A DNA stretch of 64,000 bases from the NCBI GenBank assembly GCA_019923655.1, contig JAHXGL010000001.1, positions 3,653-67,652 on the forward strand, written 5' to 3'. The translations under genes and the position numbers were made by a program. Below, in pieces: positions 20,401 through 27,604 of the stretch. Each line of letters opens with the position of its first letter. Position 1 is the stretch's first letter. The DNA comes from Candidatus Nealsonbacteria bacterium. Lineage in GTDB: Bacteria > Patescibacteriota > Minisyncoccia > Minisyncoccales > RBG-13-42-11. The notes beneath the pieces were generated by a model. The model saw only the letters and a program-made list of their open reading frames with translations. It had not been told where the DNA came from and did no database searches.

Positions 20401-21228
20401 ATAATTTTTATCTAACAGGGATTGCCCCGTATAATCTTCGCGGGAGCTACGCGGGGATTGGGTTTTTTCTTTGTCATTTTTTAGTTTAGCTATTTCTTTT
20501 TCCAGGTCAATTTTGGTGCAAAGTTTTCTTAATGTTTCAGCTCCGGTTCCCACTTCAAAAACAGCCCCGTATTTCAGGGAAAGATCATGATATTCATTTT
20601 CAGAAAGAATTTTTAAAGGTTTTAGACTTAAAACTTCTTCTCGGGCTCTATTTTTAGCCTTTTTTAGCTTCTCTGACTCGGTTTTTGCTTTTGCTTTTTT
20701 ATTTTTGAGATTCTTTTGTTTTGACTCGTCTTGGTCTAAGGAACGCAGCGCCTTGTTTTTTCTTTTGTATTCTTTTTCAATCTCTTCCAGGATTTTTTTC
20801 TTAATGTCTAAGTTGACATCAGTAATAACATAGGCGGAGAAATAAATTATTTTTTCAAGCTGAGACACAGGAATATCCAGGATTGCGCCTATTGTTGAGG
20901 GAACGCCTCTTAAAAACCAAATATGGGAGCAGGCCATAGCTAGTTTAATGTGGCCCATTCTTTCGCGCCGCGAAAGAGCTTTTGTTACTTCTACGCCGCA
21001 CCGGTCACAAATTACTCCTTTGTAACGAATTCTTTTATATTTGCCGCAGTAGCACTCGTAATCTTTTGTTGGTCCGAAAATTTTCTCGCAAAACAGCCCA
21101 TCTTTTTCCGGCCTTTGTGTTCTATAATTAATAGTTTCAGGTTTTAAGACCTCTCCGTGAGACCATCTTGATATATCTTCCGGCGAAGCCAGTTTTATTC
21201 TTATTGATTTAATATCAGCAACTCGCAT
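17479..21228 (-). CDS. rpoC: DNA-directed RNA polymerase subunit beta-prime, with a K/E-rich lineage-specific insertion
   Basis: CxCGKY...CDRCGVEV zinc motif, NADFDGDQM catalytic loop, 1249 aa. Confidence 0.98.
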   Translation of the reverse strand: MRVADIKSIRIKLASPEDISRWSHGEVLKPETINYRTQRPEKDGLFCEKIFGPTKDYECYCGKYKRIRYKGVICDRCGVEVTKALSRRERMGHIKLAMACSHIWFLRGVPSTIGAILDIPVSQLEKIIYFSAYVITDVNLDIKKKILEEIEKEYKRKNKALRSLDQDESKQKNLKNKKAKAKTESEKLKKAKNRAREEVLSLKPLKILSENEYHDLSLKYGAVFEVGTGAETLRKLCTKIDLEKEIAKLKNDKEKTQSPRSSREDYTGQSLLDKNYLTEQAPLDKNYLTGQVLAKRKILERIKLFQGMLKAEIRPEWVFLTLLPVSPPDLRPMVQLDGGRYASSDLNDLYRRVINRNNRLKYLLEIEAPEVILRNEKRMLQEAVDALIDNEARKGTMTTATTGGKRMLKSLADILKGKQGRFRQNLLGKRVDYSGRSVIVVGPELKLNQVGLPKKMALELFKPFIIKKILEKELAYNVRSASKLIEEGIDEVWAILEEITKDKVVLLNRAPTLHRLGIQAFYPVLIEGEAIKIHPMVCKAFNADFDGDQMAVHLPLSTIAQKEAREIMLSTANFLKPATGIPVITFHQDIALGCYYLTKIEDEALKPEKFFTSPEEAMLAYEFGEIDLKTKIKTRLSRQNVKPLKRTDLIETSVGRIIFNQALPSNYPFQNSEIKIKDLERISRETIEKYPLEKTQDLLNKIKLLGFEYASLSGISWGMDDLIIPLEKTKIIKEAEKEVEEIEGHLKKGFLSREEKTIKVIKIWNKAKSKIEELIPKTLPKNGPIYQIIESGAKGSWGPSVQMAGMKGLVINPTGQIIEMPIKNSFKQGFDVLEYFISTHGTRKGLADTALRTAAAGYLTRRLIDVAHEIIITTKDCGNKQGIIVQRKDADEIGQNFIHKISGRISLENIKGVCKKGEIIDWEKADKIVSLNIKEIKIASPLTCEVVKGLCQKCYGWDMGKNKIIEIGQAAGIVAAQSIGEPGTQLTMRTFHSGGVAGESDITLGLPRVQEIFEARIPKGKAKISQVRGKIIEITPERVIKIKQKRKKLLSETKKNWRTTKSLSSILEYKIPENIAILVEPNQEIEIGQQLCEGNLDLKELFKLVGLEQTQKYIVKEVQKIYVSQGVSLHDKHIETICRQMFSRLKIVVSEDSIFKLGEIVEKAEFLRENIQLKKEKKKPAKGIVLLLGVSKVALTTESFLSAASFQETSRVLINASLRGKEDKLHGLKENVIIGKLIPAGTGFTPLNS
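20355..20420. repeat. Two tandem 33-nt palindromic units inside rpoC (stem CCCCGTTAGATAA/TTATCTAACGGGG)
   Basis: Read directly; translated in frame as LDKNYLTEQAP/LDKNYLTGQVL. Confidence 0.9.
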
Positions 21229-21249
21229 AATTGTAGGATGTAAAATAAT

Positions 21250-21335
21250 ATAGAAAGTAGAGGGTAGAAAGTAGAAGGTAGAGGGTAAAAAACTTTTATC
21301 TACATTCTACATTCTACATTCTACATTCTATATTC
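21250..21335. repeat. Inverted heptamer arrays: (GTAGARR)x5, an A-rich spacer, then (CTACATT)x4. The core at 21275-21330 is 54/56 identical to 50949-51004.
   Basis: Read directly in the rpoB-rpoC intergenic region. Confidence 0.9.
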
Positions 21336-21340
21336 CATAT

Positions 21341-24300
21341 TTAAGATTTCTGTTGTTTTGGTTTTTCCTTCACTTCTACGCTTAATCCAAGCGATTTCAA
21401 TTCTGCTACCAATAAGTTAAAGGAAGCAGGCAGGTTCGGACTTTTAATCTCTTCTCCTTTTAATATTGATTCATAAGTTGTTACTCTTCCAGAGATATCA
21501 TCTGATTTTATGGTTAACATCTCCTGAAGAATGTGAGCGGCTCCATACCCTTCTAGCGCCCAAACCTCCATTTCTCCAAATCTTTGCCCCCCAAGTTGCG
21601 ATTTTCCTCTTAATGGCTGTTGGGTGATTAAGGAGTAGGGGCCGATTGAGCGCATATGAATTTTATCTTCAACCATATGAGCTAATTTCATCATATAGAT
21701 ATAGCCAACCGTGATTTTTTTCTGAAAAGCTAATCCGGTTTGGCCGTCATATAAAGTAATTTTTCCATCTTCCGGGAGCCCGGCCTCTTTTAGTTCTTTT
21801 TTAATATCTTGTTCGGTTGCTCCGGATAAAGACGGAGTTATTGCCTGATACTTTAATTTTTTTGCGGCCCAGCCCAGGTGAGCTTCTAAAATTTGACCAA
21901 GGTTCATTCTGGAGACTACGCTTATCGGGTTTAAAATTATATCAACTGCCGTACCATCTTTCATAAATGGCATTTCTTCAACAGGCAAAATCTTTGAAAT
22001 TACCCCTTTGTTTCCGTAGCGGCCGGCTAACTTATCTCCAACCATAATTTTTCTGGCTTGAGCCACCTCAACTTCGATTCTTTTTATTATGCCCGGTTCT
22101 AATTTATGTCCCAATTCCCGGGAAAAAATTTTCACACCAACTACTCTTCCTCTTTTTCCGTGTTCCATAACAAGCGAGGTATCTTTAATTTCGCGGGCTT
22201 TTTCTCCAAAAATCGCTTTTAACAGCCTTTCTTCAGCTGTTAAATCCTGTTCTCCTTTTGGTGAAATTTTACCAACTAAAATATCGTTTTGTTCAACTTC
22301 AGCTCCTACCCTGATAATTCCTTCTCCGTCCAGATCTTTTAGTTTTTCTTCTGAAACATTGGGAATATCGCAAGTGGTAAGCTCCGGTCCTAATTTTGTT
22401 TCTCGGACATCGCATTCAAACTTTTCAATATAAATTGAAGTATAGGATTCATCTTTAACCAATCTTTCTGAAATAATAATCGCGTCTTCAAAGTTCCCTC
22501 CTCGCCAAGGCATGAAAGCGACTAAAATATTTTGGCCCAAAGCAAGACTTTTTTGAGAAATTGCTCCCCCGTCTGTTAAAACATCGCCTTTTTTAATTCT
22601 TTGACCTTTTTTTACAATTGGAATCTGGTGGAGACAGGTGCATTGATTGGTGCGGATAAAAGTTTTCAAATTATAAATCATTGATTCCGTTGGAAACGAA
22701 GCCTTCCAAGGGTTAATAATAATATGTTCTGCGTCAACTTTAATAACATAGCCGTCAATATCCGAGATAATTTCTTGGCCTGAATCTCTGGCTACTTTTT
22801 CCTCTGTTCCAGTAGAAACAATTGGGGGTTCAGGCCTTATTAAAGGAACTGCCTGACGCTGCATATTTGAGGCCATTAAAGTTCGAGCAGAATCATTATG
22901 CTGCAAAAAAGGAATACAAGAAGTCGCAACGGAAATAAATTGTTGGGGAGAAACATCAATAAAATCAATTTTATCTTTTTCAATGAATCCTGGCTCGCCC
23001 TTTATTCTGGCCTCAACTTTAGTGGGAATAATCTTGCCTTTTTTATTAAGAGGAATAGCCCCGGAGGCAATATTGAATTGTTCTTCCTGATAAGCGTTAA
23101 GGTATTGGACATCAGCCAACACTTTTCCGTTTTTAACTTTAAAATAAGGAGTTTCCAGAAAACCGAAATCATTAATTTTGGCGAATAAAGCCAGATGGCT
23201 GACCAGTCCGACATTAGGTCCTTCCGGGGTCTGAATCGGGCAAATTTTGCCGTAATAAGAAGGTTGGACATCTCTTACTTCAAATCCAGCTCTGTCTCTG
23301 TTTAGCCCTCCCGGACCAGTAACCGACAATCTTCTTTTATGTTCAAGTTCAGCCAATGGATTTTCATTGTCCATAAATTGGGATATTTGAGAAGAGGTAA
23401 AGAATTCTTTAACCACGGATATAAAGGGTCCGGGATTAATTAATTGTCCCGGAGCTAAATCCTCAATAGGTAAAACCGACATCCGGTCTCTAATGATTCT
23501 GCTCATTCTTACAAGTCCAATTTTTAATCTATTTTGCAATAATTCATTTAAAGTTCTGACTCTTCGGTTTCCCAGATGGTCAATTTTATCAGGCTTGGCG
23601 CCCGGCGTATTATTAAGCCGGATAATTTCTTTTATTACCGCTATTACATCTTCTAATTTCAATACTCTGTCTTCTGTTGTAATTTCTGTTTCATTGTTGT
23701 TTGCTGACAATGTCGTGAAACGTTGTTGCATCCTCCACCTTCCTACTTTAGATAAATCATATCGTTCAAAGTTAAAAAACATATTATTAATCAGTTCTTT
23801 GGCAGTGTCTGGGCTTACCAAGTCTCCAGGCCTTAATCTTTGATAGATTTCTACCAAAGCTTGGTCCTGGTTGTTGGTTAAATCTTTCTTTAGGGTTTCT
23901 TCAATATATTTAATTTCACCCAAATCAACATCTTTAAATAATTCTTTTATTGCTTTATTTTCAGAAGCGCCAAAAGCCCTTAACAGGGTAGTCGCCATTA
24001 TTTTTCTTTTCCGGTCAATTTTTACCCCAATTATGCCCGAGGAATCTGTTTCAATCTCAAGCCATGCTCCCCAGTTGGGAATAATTTTTGCCCCAAAATA
24101 ATTTTTATTGCCAAATCTTTGGGCGGTAAAAAAAACTCCCGGTGAACGGATTAATTGAGAAATAGCGACTCTTTCCACTCCGTTAATAATAAAAGTTCCC
24201 CTTTCAGTCATCAAGGGGAAATCAGTTAAAAAAATCTCTTGCTCTTTGGTTTTTTTAGTTTTTAGATTATTCAACCTTACTCTTGCTCTTAAAGTTGCTT

Positions 24301-24547
24301 CATAGGAATCGTTGTTTATCCGCGCTTCCATATCGTTTTTATATCTTGGTTTTTCAAGCCTATAATCTAAAAACCAAAGCTCCATTTCTTTGTTTGTATA
24401 ATCGCGAATAGGAGAAATTTCTTGGAAAAGATTTTTTAGATCTTTTTTCCAAAAGATTTCCCATCTTTCTTTTTGAGAAGCCAACAAATAAGGCAAGGAA
24501 AGAGAAACGCTCTCCCTGGCAAAAAGCTTTGTTTTTGTTGTGTTCAT
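21341..24547 (-). CDS. rpoB: DNA-directed RNA polymerase subunit beta
   Basis: 1068-1072 aa with conserved blocks (GPGGL.RDRAGFEVRDV, NMQRQAVPL, RFGEMEVWALE). The ATG at 24547 is preferred over the GTG at 24559. Confidence 0.98.
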   Translation of the reverse strand: MNTTKTKLFARESVSLSLPYLLASQKERWEIFWKKDLKNLFQEISPIRDYTNKEMELWFLDYRLEKPRYKNDMEARINNDSYEATLRARVRLNNLKTKKTKEQEIFLTDFPLMTERGTFIINGVERVAISQLIRSPGVFFTAQRFGNKNYFGAKIIPNWGAWLEIETDSSGIIGVKIDRKRKIMATTLLRAFGASENKAIKELFKDVDLGEIKYIEETLKKDLTNNQDQALVEIYQRLRPGDLVSPDTAKELINNMFFNFERYDLSKVGRWRMQQRFTTLSANNNETEITTEDRVLKLEDVIAVIKEIIRLNNTPGAKPDKIDHLGNRRVRTLNELLQNRLKIGLVRMSRIIRDRMSVLPIEDLAPGQLINPGPFISVVKEFFTSSQISQFMDNENPLAELEHKRRLSVTGPGGLNRDRAGFEVRDVQPSYYGKICPIQTPEGPNVGLVSHLALFAKINDFGFLETPYFKVKNGKVLADVQYLNAYQEEQFNIASGAIPLNKKGKIIPTKVEARIKGEPGFIEKDKIDFIDVSPQQFISVATSCIPFLQHNDSARTLMASNMQRQAVPLIRPEPPIVSTGTEEKVARDSGQEIISDIDGYVIKVDAEHIIINPWKASFPTESMIYNLKTFIRTNQCTCLHQIPIVKKGQRIKKGDVLTDGGAISQKSLALGQNILVAFMPWRGGNFEDAIIISERLVKDESYTSIYIEKFECDVRETKLGPELTTCDIPNVSEEKLKDLDGEGIIRVGAEVEQNDILVGKISPKGEQDLTAEERLLKAIFGEKAREIKDTSLVMEHGKRGRVVGVKIFSRELGHKLEPGIIKRIEVEVAQARKIMVGDKLAGRYGNKGVISKILPVEEMPFMKDGTAVDIILNPISVVSRMNLGQILEAHLGWAAKKLKYQAITPSLSGATEQDIKKELKEAGLPEDGKITLYDGQTGLAFQKKITVGYIYMMKLAHMVEDKIHMRSIGPYSLITQQPLRGKSQLGGQRFGEMEVWALEGYGAAHILQEMLTIKSDDISGRVTTYESILKGEEIKSPNLPASFNLLVAELKSLGLSVEVKEKPKQQKS

Positions 24548-24931
24548 ACGCGTGACCACTTCTAAAACTCGGGGCGCAAAGAATAATGCCCTGTCTTTAT
24601 AAATAAGACATAAAAAGCCTTTAAGTAAAAAGACTTTTAGGATTTATCTTTGGTAGTTAACTACTCTATTCATAAGGAATAAAGATTTTTGGTTTTATGA
24701 TGACCTGCGGCATCTCCTCGTAGCAAGAATTCGGATAGTTCCTGTCCCAATGAGTCTTATTTTAATATCTTATTGGCTTTGCGTCAGATACAAGGCTAAC
24801 TAAGTTAATTGCTTCTCTTTGTCTGCCCGGAAAGACACAATATACGATAACATATTTAGACAGAAAAGCAAAGTCGCAGAATTTTATCCACACCTCTAAA
24901 AGGGAATGAGTTTTCTCGTCTGCTTTCTATA

Positions 24932-24960
24932 ATTATAACTCTTATCTAAAACTTTGTCAA
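24932..24960 (-). promoter_or_regulatory. Consensus sigma70-type promoter (TTGACA, 17 nt, TATAAT) reading toward rpoB
   Basis: Minus strand reads ttgacaaagttttagataagagttataat; -35 at 24955-24960, -10 at 24932-24937. Confidence 0.65.
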
Positions 24961-24971
24961 ATTTTTTACGC

Positions 24972-25637
24972 TTAATCCTTCTTCTTTTCCCAGAATTTTC
25001 TAATTTTCTTAAAGTGATCAATTCGTTCTGTAATTTTGCCAATCTCTTTTGGGTAAAATTCCAAAAGCGTATCGCACAAGTCCAACATCCACTTTTTACG
25101 ACTATTTTTAGGGACCAGATTTACTACATTTGCGTTGGCAATTTGAATTTGTCCCCAACCGAGCGCGCCTATTGTTAAACAATTCCAGTTAAAAAATTCT
25201 ATAGGTGCAAAAACAATATGTTTAATAACGACTTTTGTGCCTTCAATTTGATAATCAATTTTCAAAAGTGAAAAATAATTTACATCTTCCTCATAGAACC
25301 TTGATAGTCGCTCAACGGAAGTCAAATTTGGCATGTTAAACTTCGTATCTAATCTATGTGTTTTTACATCAACAACATAGTAAAAGCCGTCTTTGTCAGT
25401 AAAGGCGAGGTCGGCCATTGCGCGACGCGCAAATGACGATGAATACTCGCTTACTAAATCGCCAAGTATTTCCTTAAAGTTTTCTACGATAATATTTTCA
25501 ATAGCGTCGCCAACCGCGCGAGGACTATTTTGTGTTCTCGCGGAAAGAAAATCTTTTTGGTTATTCAAAAAAGTTTTAATTTTTTCTGCGATTTCTTTAT
25601 ATTTGTTTGTATAAAAAATTAAACTTTTCTTTTTCAT
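24972..25637 (-). CDS. Putative type II restriction endonuclease (R1)
   Basis: 221 aa; overlaps the upstream methyltransferase gene by 4 nt; PD-(D/E)XK-like ADLAF...YYVVDVKTH. No family recognised. Confidence 0.6.
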   Translation of the reverse strand: MKKKSLIFYTNKYKEIAEKIKTFLNNQKDFLSARTQNSPRAVGDAIENIIVENFKEILGDLVSEYSSSFARRAMADLAFTDKDGFYYVVDVKTHRLDTKFNMPNLTSVERLSRFYEEDVNYFSLLKIDYQIEGTKVVIKHIVFAPIEFFNWNCLTIGALGWGQIQIANANVVNLVPKNSRKKWMLDLCDTLLEFYPKEIGKITERIDHFKKIRKFWEKKKD

Positions 25638-26647
25638 AATAGTTTATTATTAAATAAATCTGCTGTTGGCTCGACTTTATTTTTCTTTCCGTTTCCGTTC
25701 ATTTGCTCGTTAAGTGTATTGCGTTCCCAAAATATACCGTCCGAGTATCCTTGTATGTTTTTTTCTTTTTCTGTTATATCTAATCGCTTTTCAGCAAAAC
25801 AACAATAATACTCATCAACTTCTATGCCAACATACCGACGACCAAGTTTTTTTGCGACAACCGAAGTCGTGCCCGAACCAAGAAACGGGTCAAAAACAAT
25901 ATCATTTGGTTTTGAACTGGCCAAAATAACTTTAGCAACCAATTTTTCTGGTTTTTGTGTTGGGTGGTCAGTATTTTCCGGCATTGACCAAAACGGAATT
26001 GTAATATCTGTCCAAACATTTGATGGGTGAGTAATTCTATATTTCCCAGCGTCGCTATCTTCCCAATCTTTCGGCTTTCCGTTTTCGTCTTTGTATGGCG
26101 CTATAACTTTACGCTTCATTTTTACAGCGTCAACATTGAAATGATATTTATCGGAAAGTGTGCAAAACCAAATATCCTCGGAGCAATTTTTCCAATTACT
26201 TTTTGCGCCGCGTCCTTTTTCTCGTTCAAAGGTTATGCGATTTTGTATCTTAAAGTATTTTTTCGCTACATTAAAAATTGCCCCTGATGATTTCCAATCA
26301 CCACAAATATAAACAGAGGCGTGCGGTTTCAGTATCCGAATAAGTTTAGCAACCCAAGAATCAAGCCATTGCTCATATTTTTCTGACTCCATTTCTTTAA
26401 ACGAGGTAAGGTTGAAAGTTTTATTAAGGTTATAGGGTGGGTCAACAAAAACTAAATCAACAAAACTATCCGGTAAATAATTTAATGCCTCAAAAATATC
26501 CTGATGTATAGTTTTATTTTCGACTTCTTCAAGAGAAATAGGTTTATTTATTTTTATCAGCCGTTTTTTAAAATTGGAAATATCACTATCGCTCAATGTG
26601 ATAGTTCTATTTCTTGGTGCTCGTTGTTTTAGTGTTTTATCTTTCAT
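25634..26647 (-). CDS. Beta-class N6-adenine/N4-cytosine DNA methyltransferase (M1)
   Basis: DPPYN (motif IV) precedes FDPFLGSGTT (motif I). The ATG at 26647 lies 4 nt after the HTH gene stop; the track start at 26671 is a TTG. Confidence 0.88.
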   Translation of the reverse strand: MKDKTLKQRAPRNRTITLSDSDISNFKKRLIKINKPISLEEVENKTIHQDIFEALNYLPDSFVDLVFVDPPYNLNKTFNLTSFKEMESEKYEQWLDSWVAKLIRILKPHASVYICGDWKSSGAIFNVAKKYFKIQNRITFEREKGRGAKSNWKNCSEDIWFCTLSDKYHFNVDAVKMKRKVIAPYKDENGKPKDWEDSDAGKYRITHPSNVWTDITIPFWSMPENTDHPTQKPEKLVAKVILASSKPNDIVFDPFLGSGTTSVVAKKLGRRYVGIEVDEYYCCFAEKRLDITEKEKNIQGYSDGIFWERNTLNEQMNGNGKKNKVEPTADLFNNKLL

Positions 26648-26651
26648 TGGT

Positions 26652-26786
26652 TTATTTGATTGAATCTTCAATTGGAATATTTAACGCTTTCGCAATTTTT
26701 TTCAGCGTTTCTACCGTCGGATTTTGTTGTTTGCCCGCTTCTATGTTGATTATCGTATTATTGGACACATCGGCAAGCCGAGCCAG
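26652..26786 (-). CDS. XRE/C-protein-like HTH remnant (HTH-1) with no canonical start; its 5' end lies in the 49-bp repeat core
   Basis: Manual minus-strand translation gives LARLADVSNNTIINIEAGKQQNPTVETLKKIAKALNIPIEDSIK*. No in-frame ATG/GTG/TTG between that point and the upstream stop. Confidence 0.45.
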   Translation of the reverse strand: MARLADVSNNTIINIEAGKQQNPTVETLKKIAKALNIPIEDSIK

Positions 26787-26862
26787 TTTTCCCGTACAAA
26801 GCGGCGCGAAGCGCCGCCGAAACGCTGGACAAAAAAGAGGAAAGTTTGATACTGGAGCGGGT
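26775..26862. repeat. Direct repeat copy 1 (88 bp): a 49-bp core identical to 29909-29957, a 29-nt diverged spacer, and a 10-nt tRNA-Gly 3'-end fragment (TGGAGCGGGT)
   Basis: Aligned by eye with 29909-29996. The core contains the hairpin GCGGCGC-GAA-GCGCCGC. Confidence 0.9.
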
Positions 26863-26993
26863 TATTGGAAAAAGTTAGAACTTTTTACCAGCAAAATCCG
26901 GACGCGGAAATTTGATTTGATTTGCCCTCGCTCTTGCCCCGTAGTGAACGCGAAGCGTTCTACTACTGGGGTTTCCGCCGCCGCAATTTTTCA

Positions 26994-27010
26994 TGCCAGC
27001 GAAGCTGGCA
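26994..27010 (-). terminator. Hairpin TGCCAGC-GAA-GCTGGCA just downstream of the 172-aa ORF; on the minus strand it is followed by UGAAAAAUU
   Basis: 7-bp GC-rich stem read directly; a second, imperfect hairpin lies at 26937-26971. Confidence 0.5.
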
Positions 27011-27026
27011 CACTGCCTAAAAATTT

Positions 27027-27545
27027 TTATTCATTTTCTAATGGAAATATTTTACAATTTTTATCCGGACACACTAAAATAATTTTTTCGAAAAAATATT
27101 GTTTTAACTCTGCTCCCAAAATAAAATTTCTAAATTCATCTTTAAAATATTCCTCGCCGATAAACGATGGACTAGGGACACAAAACAACAAACAAATTAT
27201 TCCTTTCGCCGCTTTACCGAAGTTGTGATTTTCCAATGGTTCTTTAATTATGGATGTCCAGTATTCTTCGGTATTTCTCCAAAACTTTTTTTTACCATTT
27301 TCTCTTCTCCCCAAACAAACAAGCTCAAAAACACCACCTCTTTTATCAATAGTTCTACGCGGACCTTCTAATTTTCCATCAGCAAAAGCCACTTGAAATT
27401 TTTTATCTTTCCAAAAAACATCGCTGGGGTCATTTTCAACCGGATTCGGTTCAATGTCCTGCTCTTTGAAATCTAAACCTTCATTTTGTAAATATCTTTT
27501 TACAACATTTATTTCTTCTGTTTGTTTTTGTGAAAAAGAGTTCAT
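27027..27545 (-). CDS. Hypothetical protein (172 aa) in the R-M island
   Basis: Uninterrupted ORF, co-oriented with and 59 nt downstream of M2. No motif recognised. Confidence 0.55.
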   Translation of the reverse strand: MNSFSQKQTEEINVVKRYLQNEGLDFKEQDIEPNPVENDPSDVFWKDKKFQVAFADGKLEGPRRTIDKRGGVFELVCLGRRENGKKKFWRNTEEYWTSIIKEPLENHNFGKAAKGIICLLFCVPSPSFIGEEYFKDEFRNFILGAELKQYFFEKIILVCPDKNCKIFPLENE

Positions 27546-27604
27546 TTTATTTCTTCTTTTGGATTTAATTTTTTATTATCTTGTTTCATATTACTTAGTA
27601 ATAA

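Noticed and set aside
22089-22433. Antisense ORFs inside large conserved genes, for example 22089..22433 and 23493..23843 in rpoB, 32646..33281 in ftsH, 38925..39359 in gyrA, and 18920..19231 in rpoC
   Set aside because: They lie entirely within strongly supported genes on the opposite strand. Their translations are low-complexity (S/F/L/I-rich) with no motifs, which is typical of spurious open frames.
24560-24931. Small coding genes in the rpoB leader, such as remnants of rplJ/rplL or a 15-aa ORF after GAGGAG
   Set aside because: Only very short ORFs with poor start contexts were found by manual translation. I cannot confirm pseudogene remnants without a similarity search, so the region is reported as a leader only.
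26775-26823. Interpreting the 49-bp core as an integron attC/attI site
   Set aside because: I found no GTTRRRY/RYYYAAC core sites at the boundaries and no intI in the window. The cassettes also carry their own regulatory genes.
26614-27228. 204-aa plus-strand ORF spanning the HTH-1 remnant, the direct repeat and the hairpin block
   Set aside because: It runs antisense to the HTH coding sequence, across the repeat and terminator hairpins, and into the antisense of the 172-aa ORF. It has no protein-like features.
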